From Vulcanimicrobiaceae bacterium (lineage in GTDB: Bacteria > Vulcanimicrobiota > Vulcanimicrobiia > Vulcanimicrobiales > Vulcanimicrobiaceae), in the NCBI GenBank assembly GCA_046262595.1, contig JBHEMM010000029.1, forward strand, positions 12,144 through 33,364: 21,221 bases of DNA, written 5' to 3'. Made by a program: the position numbers and the translations under genes. The notes beneath the pieces were generated by a model. That model was not told the DNA's origin, made no database searches, and saw nothing but the letters and a program-made list of their open reading frames with translations. Of this stretch, positions 1 through 8,219 are shown piece by piece (position 1 is the first letter of the stretch; each line of letters opens with the position of its first letter).

Positions 1-1
1 C

Positions 2-136
2 ATCATGCCCATTACCGGCATACCGTTGCCGTTCATGTCGTACGGCGGATCGGCGATGCTCACGAACTTCGCCGCGGTCGGCATTCTTCTGAACATTTAC
101 AGTCAAAAAGAGCGCGGCATGCTGGGCAACGCCTAG
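2..136 (+). CDS. rodA: 3' end of SEDS family peptidoglycan polymerase (RodA/FtsW), truncated at window start
   Basis: Manual translation of frame 2 gives IMPITGIPLPFMSYGGSAMLTNFAAVGILLNIYSQKERGMLGNA*, with the SEDS C-terminal motif PxTGxPLPFxSYGGS. Position upstream of an rne/rng gene favours rodA over ftsW. Confidence 0.88.
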   Translation: MMPITGIPLPFMSYGGSAMLTNFAAVGILLNIYSQKERGMLGNA

Positions 137-747
137 CGTCTGCGATAGAGAGCACCGGCCTGCACTTCACCCCCGCGCTGGAATGCCGGATGCTCGTCGA
201 ACACCGCGCGGTGTACGGGCGTATGGTAAAGCACGACGACGGCACCGTCATGCGCGGCCAATCGCGCCGCAAAAAGCCGCAGCGTGCGTTCGCCGAACGG
301 ATTGAAAAGATACACGACCAAATCGCCGGCCGGCAAACGCGCCGACGCCGCATCGCCTTGCTTCACGCGCACGTCGTTGCAGGCCAATTGCGGATGTGTG
401 CGGCGCCAGCGCATCAAGTTATCGCGCGAGACCTCGCACAATGCACTGGAAATCTCGATACCGACGGTTTGCTTGAACGGGCGCAGCGATGCAAGCATGA
501 GCACACGCCCCATACCGCTGCCCACATCGAGAAAGGTATGCTGCGCGGGTTCAACGTGTGCGGCTTGCAGCAACGCATCGAAGTCGGCCAACGGCGTGGG
601 TTCGTAGTGCGTTGCGTCCTCGAGCGCCTCGCCGATCTGTTCGGGATCGAGCTCGCCCAAAAAGATGAGCGATTCCGTTACGACGTTGTTGTCGGCATCG
701 AAACGCTGCCCTCGCCGCTTTCCCGAACGGCGGAATGACGATGACAC
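133..747 (-). CDS. Class I SAM-dependent methyltransferase (DOT1-like bacterial family)
   Basis: Motif I FLDVGSGMGR, acidic GIE after strand 2, GDA and YLFNPF. The ORF-track extension to 1077 overlaps the divergent gene and looks non-coding, so I placed the start at GTG 747 (start uncertain). Confidence 0.82.
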   Translation of the reverse strand: MSSSFRRSGKRRGQRFDADNNVVTESLIFLGELDPEQIGEALEDATHYEPTPLADFDALLQAAHVEPAQHTFLDVGSGMGRVLMLASLRPFKQTVGIEISSALCEVSRDNLMRWRRTHPQLACNDVRVKQGDAASARLPAGDLVVYLFNPFGERTLRLFAARLAAHDGAVVVLYHTPVHRAVFDEHPAFQRGGEVQAGALYRRR

Positions 748-2015
748 GTGAAGCGCCGCTATAAAGCCGGAGACTGGTACCGTATACCGCTGGATGCGCG
801 GCACGATGCGGTAGTGTTGATCACGCACGCGTGCCGTTCGCGTCTGTTCGGGTATTTCTTTGCCGCGCCGCCGCAGGTCTCGCCGGCGCGGCTTAAAGCG
901 CTGCGCCCGCACGACGCGTGCGCACGCCTGCTCTTCGGCGCGGCTCCGATCGAGGAGCTGCGCTGGCGTGCCGTGGCCGTTTCGCTGCCGTTCGATCCGC
1001 AGCTCTGGGCCTTGCCGCAGTTTGCATCGCGCGGAGCGTTCGGGCGGTCGTGGTCCGTGCGCACGTTTGACGCGCACGCCTTACAGACGCAATCCATGCA
1101 CGCGGCAAGCGAGGAGGAAGCTTGCGTGTTGCCGCCCGCGCATTTCGCAGGCGCCGAAGAGATCGAAGCGCGCCTGCTCGCCGCTCTGTGCGGCGCGGCC
1201 GGCGCGATTCCGGCGGTTATCGCTCAGTCGGTACGCCGGTCGATCCGGGTTCGCTGCGGGTTTTGCGTCAGGGCGGCCGCGTGCAATGCGCTCAGGCGCT
1301 CACGCCGGCGGACGTGCGCGTGCTCGTTCGTGAGCTTGGCGGTGTGCACGATATCGAGCTGCGCATCCATGCGGTGCATGGTGCGCCATTCGACGTGCGG
1401 ACGCTGCGCGGATGGCCTTCCCTCGCAGCGCTGTTCGTGGACACGGCGAACGTGTCGGGATTGGAGACGTTGGATGAATTACGCGCGCTGCAGCGCGTGC
1501 GCCTAACCGCGAATGGAACGCCGCTCGCCGCGCTCCCTGCGCCGCCCAGCGTGCGCGCATTGGCGCTCCACGGTTTTTCGGAACTGAACGGCATCGCGCG
1601 GTGGCTGCACGTGGAAGATCTCACCGTCTCGGCGTGCTCGGGATTGGTGGCGCACGACCTCGCGCCGCTGCCGCTGCGCAGGCTGCTGCTGGCTCACGGC
1701 ACGTACCGCCTCGCGGATATGGCGTCGCTGCAGGTGCTCAGCGAGTTGCAGCTGCACGACGTACCGCTCTGCGTACTGCCCGATCTCACCAATGCAAGCG
1801 CGCTGCGGCGGATCGTCTTGCGCGGCGTTCGGCTCCTGCGCGATCTTACGCCGCTCTCGCGCGCTCCAGCGCTGCAGAGCCTCACGCTTGAAGCGATGCC
1901 TCAGCTCACGATTGACGATCTGCGCGCGCTGCGGGCGCTTGCGCCAACCGTCAACGTGCAGGTGCGTTTGGGCAGCCGTATGCTCGATCGCGAAGTTTAC
2001 CGGATGCGTTCCTAG
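748..2015 (+). pseudogene. Frameshifted gene: N-terminal Imm26-like domain plus C-terminal leucine-rich-repeat-like region
   Basis: Frame 1 from GTG 748 reads MKRRYKAGDWYRIPL..., resembling the Imm26 N-terminal GDxFxIPL motif, and is protein-like until about 1225. Frame 3 is protein-like from about 1225 to TAG 2015, with LxxLxL repeats (LRALQRVRL, LHVEDLTV, LQVLSELQL, ALRRIVL, ALQSLTL). A single -1 frame change joins them. This could be a pseudogene, a sequencing error or two genes. Confidence 0.6.
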
Positions 2016-2590
2016 CTTTCGCTCAAAATCAAACCCGAGCGCCGGATCGCATCGCGTGGACCGCGGCACGCGGCTTGCTGAAGGAGCGCTTCCGAAAAAA
2101 GATGAGCGATGCGGCGCCGCACCGCGTCGGCCGAAACGCGTCCGTACCGCGCTGATGTTCGTGAATGCCGTCTGCGTCGTCGAGCAGCCGGTCCGAGCCG
2201 CCGAGCACGCCCAAATCAACCGCAGCGGCGCGAGGTTCAGAGCCTGACGAGAGCGAGCGAGCGGGCGGGGGCCAAGTCTGCGGCACGCCAAGGCGCGGCT
2301 AGCTCCATGCAAATGCCGCTACGCTGCGTTCTTGTGTGCCCAGGCGAGAACGGCTCCCGAAGAGCAGCGCGTTGCGTCTGGCCGCAGTAAGGCCCAGCAG
2401 GTCGCCCCGCAAAAACGCACTCGGCCGCCCGGCCGGCATCCATCCAGGGCACTATGAAGGTTCGTCATGCTCGTGCCGGGAACCGCCACAAGGTTTTTCA
2501 AAGTTTGTTTCCAGACGCGCTCCGACTCGTGGAGGCGCCTCACCCGGTGAATCCGAGTGTGGGAGTGCGCATAAAGGATCGGGTTTTTAC
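2016..2590 (+). promoter_or_regulatory. Long structured non-coding region, probable 5' leader of rne or independent ncRNA
   Basis: 575 nt with no credible ORF in a window where other intergenic gaps are <=111 nt. Stems found by eye: 2048-2055/2106-2113, 2061-2073, 2123-2140, 2327-2334/2345-2352, 2448-2477, 2516-2569. SD-like AAAGGA at 2573-2578. Confidence 0.55.
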
Positions 2591-5335
2591 TTGTCAACCG
2601 AGATTTTGATCTCGAGCGACCCGTGGGAGAATCGGGTTGCCATACTTGAGGACAGCGTCCTCTCCGAAATTTACGTCGAGCGCGAAGAGAAGGTCATCGG
2701 CTCGATCTACAAAGGTAAAGTGCAGAACGTCCTGCCCGGCATGGGCGCCAGCTTCGTGGATATCGGGCTGGGGCGCAACGCCTTTCTTTACGTCGACGAC
2801 ATCAACAAGACGCCGCTCAACATCGGCGACGTCGAGATAACGCAAGGCCGAACCGGCTGGACCATCAACGAAAAGGTGAACCGCGGCGACGACGTACTCG
2901 CGCAGATCGTCAAAGAGCCGCGCGGCTTAAAGGGCGCGCGGATTAGCACGAACATCTCGTTGCCCGGACGCTATTTGATTCTTATGCCGACCGGCCGCTA
3001 CAGCGGCGTCTCGCGCAAAATTGAATCGGCCGACGAACGCAACCGCCTGAAATCGGTGATGAAGCGCATCCGCCCCGAAGGCATGGCCACGGTCGTGCGC
3101 ACGGCCGCGGGCGGCGTGAGCGAAGCCGAACTGATCGCGGATTTGGGCGTGCTCATCCGCATGTGGCACGGCATTCTTGAGTCTTACAAACGAGCGGCCT
3201 CGCCCTCGCTGCTGCACAAAGACATGAATTTGGTCTACAAAGCGGCGCGAGATTTCATCACCGCCGACGTCGACAAAGTGTATATCGACAACGAAGAAGA
3301 GTACCGTAAAGTCTGCACGTTCTTGCAGCTGCTCGGCCCCCAGTATTTGGATCGCGTGGAGTACTATAACTCCGGCCGCTCACTCTTCAAGGACTACAAG
3401 ATCGAAGAAGAGCTGCAAAAACTGATGAAGCCGAAGATCAATCTGCCGTCCGGCGGATCGATCGTTATCGAAACGACCGAGGCGCTTACCGTCATCGATG
3501 TGAATTCAGGAAAATTCACGGGCGGCAAGAACCTCGAGGACACGATCGTGAAGACGAATGTGGAAGCGGCCGGCGAGATAGCCCGTCAAGTGCGTCTTCG
3601 AGACATCGGCGGCATCATCGTGTGCGACTTCATCGACATGAATACCGAAACCGCGCGCAACAAAGTGGTTCAGACGCTTGAATCGGGCTTGCGCAAAGAT
3701 CGCACGCGAGCAACGATTCAGTCGTTCAGTAACCTCGGGCTGCTCGAGTTTACGCGCAAGCGCGTGGGCAAAGACTTGGGCTCGCAGCTGCGCGGCAGCT
3801 GCCCCACGTGCACCGGCTTAGGCACAGTCATGTCGTCGCAATCCGTCGCGATCGACACGCTGCGCCGATTGCGCGCGCACGGGAACGGCCATCACGAGCC
3901 GCATCAGATCGTCGTTGAAGCGGCACCGACGGTCGCGGCACAGCTCGAATTCTGGTACGAAGAAGAATGCGCCGCGCTGGCCGCCGAGCTGAAGACGCCG
4001 ATTCATGTTCGCGTCGATGCGATGCTTCATCCGGAAAAAGTGCGCTTACGCGACATCGACGCGGTCGCCGATACCGGAACGTTGCGCGTCGGCGACGAGC
4101 ATGAAGTGGAGCTGCTTGCGGGCCGCTTGCCGAACATCGCCTCAGCGGCGACCGTCATCAACGGCCGCATCATTGAAGTTGAAAATGCCGCGAACATGGC
4201 GGGCCAAACCGCGCGCATCAAATTGATCGACGTCGAGGACGATTCGGCCCTGGCCGAGCTTGCGCTCGCCGTCGCCGCGGCCGGTGAAAAAAAGAAACGC
4301 CGCCGCCGCGGGGGCGCCCGCAAGACGCCGCTTACGGCGGCCGAGCAGGCCGAACAGCTGCGCGAGCTCGCCGAGGAGGCGGCAAAATTTTCTTCCGCGC
4401 GTCCCCCGATCGGTATCACGACGATCACCGAAGAGGAAGAGCGCGAGGATAAGACGGTCTCGGCCGAGGTGCGCGGCGAGCGTGCTCCTGAAGCGATCGT
4501 CATCGGTGAAGCCGACTCCGGCGAAGAATCGCACCGCCGCCGGCGCCGGCGTCGCGGACGCGGACGCGGACGTGCAGGCCGTGGCGACGAGATGGCCGTA
4601 GCCGCGCAGGCCGGCATACCGCCGCACAGCGCGCAGCTTCAAGCCGAATCTGCCGAAGAGGACGACGAACCTGAAACTGCCGTTGCGCAGAGTGCTGCGG
4701 GAATGCCGCCCGGTGAGGGCACCCATCGCCGCCGCCGCCGCCGGCGGCGCCGCCGCGGGGGCCATGGACCGGCCGATCAGCTTTCGGCAGCCGCGGCGCC
4801 GGGCAACGCCATTCCACCGGCCGAACCGCCGCCGGACGCCGTGCCGCCCGTGCCCGATAGGCACATCTTCCGCGTCGCACGGGACGGAAGCGCCGAGCCG
4901 ACCGGCAAGACGGCGCCCCGCGAGCCGGGCCGCGCGATTGCGCCCTGGAATCGCAAGGCCGCGCCGCCTGCCGTCGAACCGCCACCGCCATCGCTGCACG
5001 TGCCGGAAGAAGGCGCAAAGCCGACGAAGCCGGCACGCCGCCGGCGCTCAGCCGCTGCCGTTGAAGCGGCGCCCGTCAAAGGGGGCGAGATCTCGGGTCT
5101 GGTGACGCGCGCGCTGCCGGCGCCCAGCGACGCAAAGCCGGCGCGCACGCGCAAGAAAGCCGAAGCACCGGCTCCCCCGGCGCCTGGCGAAAAGCCGAAG
5201 CGCGTCCGCAAGCCCGCAGCGGCGGCCGCTGAACCGGCTGCTGCGAAACCAAAACGCGCGCCGGTGAAAAAGACGGCGCCCGCGCGCAAGGCCGCCGCGA
5301 AATCGACGGCGACGCGCAAGAAGAAAAGCTCTTAG
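2591..5335 (+). CDS. rne: Rne/Rng family endoribonuclease (RNase E-like) with TRAM-like domain and long disordered C-terminal scaffold
   Basis: S1 region GSIYKGKVQNVLPGMGASFVDIG, catalytic motifs IDVNSG and DFIDM, RQVRLRDIGGII, Zn-link CPTCTGLG. Start reassigned to TTG 2591 (MSTEILIS) after AAAGGA, giving 914 aa. Confidence 0.95.
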   Translation: MSTEILISSDPWENRVAILEDSVLSEIYVEREEKVIGSIYKGKVQNVLPGMGASFVDIGLGRNAFLYVDDINKTPLNIGDVEITQGRTGWTINEKVNRGDDVLAQIVKEPRGLKGARISTNISLPGRYLILMPTGRYSGVSRKIESADERNRLKSVMKRIRPEGMATVVRTAAGGVSEAELIADLGVLIRMWHGILESYKRAASPSLLHKDMNLVYKAARDFITADVDKVYIDNEEEYRKVCTFLQLLGPQYLDRVEYYNSGRSLFKDYKIEEELQKLMKPKINLPSGGSIVIETTEALTVIDVNSGKFTGGKNLEDTIVKTNVEAAGEIARQVRLRDIGGIIVCDFIDMNTETARNKVVQTLESGLRKDRTRATIQSFSNLGLLEFTRKRVGKDLGSQLRGSCPTCTGLGTVMSSQSVAIDTLRRLRAHGNGHHEPHQIVVEAAPTVAAQLEFWYEEECAALAAELKTPIHVRVDAMLHPEKVRLRDIDAVADTGTLRVGDEHEVELLAGRLPNIASAATVINGRIIEVENAANMAGQTARIKLIDVEDDSALAELALAVAAAGEKKKRRRRGGARKTPLTAAEQAEQLRELAEEAAKFSSARPPIGITTITEEEEREDKTVSAEVRGERAPEAIVIGEADSGEESHRRRRRRRGRGRGRAGRGDEMAVAAQAGIPPHSAQLQAESAEEDDEPETAVAQSAAGMPPGEGTHRRRRRRRRRRGGHGPADQLSAAAAPGNAIPPAEPPPDAVPPVPDRHIFRVARDGSAEPTGKTAPREPGRAIAPWNRKAAPPAVEPPPPSLHVPEEGAKPTKPARRRRSAAAVEAAPVKGGEISGLVTRALPAPSDAKPARTRKKAEAPAPPAPGEKPKRVRKPAAAAAEPAAAKPKRAPVKKTAPARKAAAKSTATRKKKSS

Positions 5336-5342
5336 GGAACGC

Positions 5343-6737
5343 TTAGAGGCTGCCCGGCGCCCCGGCGGCGGCGCCGCTGTGTGCTATCCGGTCGTTCAGA
5401 TACTGCAGGGCGCGCGTCAACTGCGCGTCATGCAGCGGGTCGCCGTAGCGCGCGCCTTTATTTTCGCCCACCATGATGTCCGGCGTTATCCCCAAGTGAT
5501 TGATGTCGCGATTCTTCGGCGTGAGGTAGCGCGCGTCCGTGATCTTGATCGCCGAGCCGTCGGGCATCGGCAGAATCTCCTGAACCACGCCCTTACCGAA
5601 TGTTTTTGTTCCGATAATCGTTCCCGTGCCGGAATCTTGGATGGCACCGGACGTGATTTCGGAAGCCGACGCCGTATGCGCGTTCACGAGCACCGCCAGC
5701 GGCAGCGGCGGAATCGCAGTCGCTTCCGCTTCATACGTCATGACGTTTGAGGCGCGCGATTCGACGGAAACGATCGGACCGCTTGCAATGAACTTCGAAC
5801 TCACGTCGAGCGCCGCTTCCAAATAACCCCCGCCGTTATCGCGCAAGTCCATAACGATGGCGCGCGCGCCTTCCTGCTGCAGCCGGTCGAGCGCTTTGGA
5901 GAGCTCGGCGCCGGTATCACGCCCGAACACCGTCAGTTCCACATAGCCGATCTTGTTCGGCAGCATTTTCTCGTAAACGGAAAGCTGATGGATCTGCGCG
6001 CGAACGATGCCGATCGGCGCTGGAAGCTGCTTGCCGTCGCGCAAGATCGTCAGCTGCACCGGCGTGCCGGCCTTGCCGCGCAGGTGCGAGGAGGCTTGCT
6101 GAATCGTCATGCCTTTGGTCGAGAGGCCGTCAATGCTCACAATTTCGTCGTCCTGCAGAATGCCGGCTTTGTCCGCGGGCCCGTCCGGCACCACGTTGCT
6201 CACGTCAATGTACTTCGTGGTGTCGTTCGATTGGATAACGATGCCCGTGCCGGCAAACGTTGTTCCGTCCAAACCCTGGTTGAGCTCGGCGTAGTCTTTC
6301 GGGTTTAAAAATACGGTGTATTTGTCTTTTACGGAATCGAGAATACCGGAGATTGCAGCGTACGCGATCAGATGCGTACTGATCTTTCCGTGCGCCGCGC
6401 GTGCCGCCAAATCCACTTCATGTCCGATTGCTTTTGCGGTCCGCGAGGAGTTGGCGGTGGCGAAAATCGGCGGCAGCGAAGCGGCGACACCCGCGCTTTT
6501 GAGAGCGGCCAAAATCTCCGTCCGGGCGCTGTTCGCGATCGTCTGCGGATCGGTCTTGCGATAGAAATCTGCGCGCAGTTTTTCATAGCTGAACTGGATT
6601 TCGCTCGCGTCCAGAGGCGAGACCGCGGGCGCTGCAGCCGCCGAGCCTGCGCTCGGTATCTGTGCTGCGGTGAAGGCCAATGCCGCCGCGGCGACCATGA
6701 ACAGCCGGGAGACAGATGAGGTGAAAGTACGCTTCAT
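5343..6737 (-). CDS. S41A carboxy-terminal processing protease (CtpA/Prc-like) with PDZ domain, exported
   Basis: Signal-peptide-like N-terminus from ATG 6737 (MKRTFTSS..., preceded by TAAGGT), PDZ (GPADKAGI), DLRDNGGG, catalytic Ser in TASASEI, catalytic Lys in TFGKG. Confidence 0.93.
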   Translation of the reverse strand: MKRTFTSSVSRLFMVAAAALAFTAAQIPSAGSAAAAPAVSPLDASEIQFSYEKLRADFYRKTDPQTIANSARTEILAALKSAGVAASLPPIFATANSSRTAKAIGHEVDLAARAAHGKISTHLIAYAAISGILDSVKDKYTVFLNPKDYAELNQGLDGTTFAGTGIVIQSNDTTKYIDVSNVVPDGPADKAGILQDDEIVSIDGLSTKGMTIQQASSHLRGKAGTPVQLTILRDGKQLPAPIGIVRAQIHQLSVYEKMLPNKIGYVELTVFGRDTGAELSKALDRLQQEGARAIVMDLRDNGGGYLEAALDVSSKFIASGPIVSVESRASNVMTYEAEATAIPPLPLAVLVNAHTASASEITSGAIQDSGTGTIIGTKTFGKGVVQEILPMPDGSAIKITDARYLTPKNRDINHLGITPDIMVGENKGARYGDPLHDAQLTRALQYLNDRIAHSGAAAGAPGSL

Positions 6738-6744
6738 ATCTACC

Positions 6745-8178
6745 TTAACGCGCGGTGCGCCGCAAAAATGCCTTTGCGGCTTGTAATTGTTTGTCCGCGG
6801 GCGTATCGATAATATCGACCTGCGGACTCTGAGCGACCGGGATATTCGGCTCAATGCCTTTATGCTGGATGTCGCGGCCCGCAGGCGTAAGATAGCGCTG
6901 GGTCGTGATTTTCAGCGCGCCGCCGTTCGGCATGGAGAAGATTCCTTGCACGACGCCTTTGCCGAACGTCTTCGTACCGATGAGCGTTCCGACGCGATGA
7001 TCCTGAAGGGCGCCGGCCGTAATCTCCGACGCGCTCGCCGTAAACGCGTTCACCAGCACGACCACCGGTGTTACCCCCGCGATCGTCGATCCGTTCGCAT
7101 ACTGCACCTCGCGGTGCCCTTCGCGATCGATCTCCGTCACGATAGTGCCGCTCGGAATAAAGAAGCTCGAAATGGAAACCGCGGCGTCGAGCAGGCCGCC
7201 GCCGTTGTCACGCAGATCCAATATGGTGCCCTTGGCATGATGCGCTTTGCCGGCCAGCAGCGCTTTGCGCACTTCGTCCGCCGAGGTTTCGCCGAAATCG
7301 GAGAGGCGGATGTAGTTGTAACCGTCTTCCATTTTTTGGTGCACCGTCGGCACGTGGATGATTTGGCGTACGATGCTGTAGCGGTGCTTCGCGCCGCTCT
7401 TCGCGTAATCGTGCGTGAGGAGCGTGACACTCGTGCCCTCGGTTCCGCGAATCAGCCGCTCGACGCGGTCCAGCGGATAACCGTCGATTTGACTGCCGTC
7501 AATCCGCTCGACGACTTCCTCGCCCTTCATACCGGCGCGCGCCGCCGGCAGCCCTTCGATGGGTTGCAGCACGACCGAACCGTTCTTCAGTTGATAGATA
7601 AAAACGCCGATGCCGCCGAAATTGCCGCCGTTGAGCTGTTCGTTGAGCGCGCGTATCTGATCCGGAGCGAGATAGACGGTGTACGGGTCTTTGAGCGAGT
7701 TGAGCATGCCGGAGATTGCCGCTTGCGTGAGCCCCGTGCGGCCGTCAGCGCCCAGGTGCGCCGCATAGCGATCTTGCGCAACGGCGAGCTCCTTGTCCAT
7801 CGCTCGCAGATCTTGCGCCTGATCGCCGCTGGCACGCACGATAGGAAGCGAGACGCCCCCGAGCTTTTTACTTTTTGCCGCGCCGGCGAGAAAAGCGGTG
7901 AGGCCGCTGCGCTCACCGTCGACAAGCGTCTGCGCGTCAACCGGTTTGTAATAAACCCGCTCGACCTGCCGGAACGCCAGCGCGACCAGCTGTTCGTCCG
8001 CGGCGCGCGGCCCCAGCACATCGCTGAGCGAGATCGAGGCTAAACCGCCGTCCGCGCCGTTGAAGCGGGACTGGGCGACGTTCACGCCGTTCCGGTAGCC
8101 GATATACAGTGCGCCCGCGAAGCCGAGCCCCACGAGAACCACGAGCGCGAGCACCATCGCGCGAATTGCAGCAGACAC
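6745..8178 (-). CDS. S41A carboxy-terminal processing protease (CtpA-like) with PDZ domain, N-terminal membrane anchor
   Basis: GTG start after AAGGAG, N-terminal hydrophobic helix, DPYTVY, FGGIG PDZ loop, DLRDNGGG, TASASEI, TFGKG. Confidence 0.93.
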   Translation of the reverse strand: MSAAIRAMVLALVVLVGLGFAGALYIGYRNGVNVAQSRFNGADGGLASISLSDVLGPRAADEQLVALAFRQVERVYYKPVDAQTLVDGERSGLTAFLAGAAKSKKLGGVSLPIVRASGDQAQDLRAMDKELAVAQDRYAAHLGADGRTGLTQAAISGMLNSLKDPYTVYLAPDQIRALNEQLNGGNFGGIGVFIYQLKNGSVVLQPIEGLPAARAGMKGEEVVERIDGSQIDGYPLDRVERLIRGTEGTSVTLLTHDYAKSGAKHRYSIVRQIIHVPTVHQKMEDGYNYIRLSDFGETSADEVRKALLAGKAHHAKGTILDLRDNGGGLLDAAVSISSFFIPSGTIVTEIDREGHREVQYANGSTIAGVTPVVVLVNAFTASASEITAGALQDHRVGTLIGTKTFGKGVVQGIFSMPNGGALKITTQRYLTPAGRDIQHKGIEPNIPVAQSPQVDIIDTPADKQLQAAKAFLRRTAR

Positions 8179-8219
8179 GCTTCTCCTTACCCAAATCGGG
8201 ATGGCGTGGTTTCGAGCGT

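Noticed and set aside
748..1077. Long N-terminal extension of the methyltransferase
   Set aside because: Overlaps the better-supported divergent gene and is not protein-like.
1200..1265. Programmed -1 frameshift signal
   Set aside because: No X XXY YYZ slippery site where the frame switch appears. GGGTTTT at 1258-1264 lies downstream of the apparent switch and I saw no clear stimulatory structure.
2131..2250. Hammerhead-like words GAAAC (2133-2137) and CTGACGA (2244-2250)
   Set aside because: I could not build stems I-III with a properly placed UH cleavage site.
2251..2271. Short GAGC tandem repeat and G-run
   Set aside because: Only three units, as expected by chance in GC-rich DNA.
2336..2590. 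85-aa N-terminal extension of RNase E in the ORF track
   Set aside because: Not protein-like. Family homology starts at (M)STEILIS and an SD precedes TTG 2591.
2016..2590. tmRNA, RNase P RNA, SRP RNA or known riboswitch
   Set aside because: No tRNA-like ends, no GAGGAAAGTCC core, no SRP GGAAG/AGCAG loop and no recognisable riboswitch consensus.
4530..4760. CGC/CGG trinucleotide runs
   Set aside because: Explained by poly-Arg tracts of the RNase E tail, with mixed synonymous codons; not a contingency repeat or CRISPR.
6787..8043. 418-aa plus-strand ORF antisense to the S41 protease
   Set aside because: Shadow ORF typical of high-GC codon usage, with no motifs.
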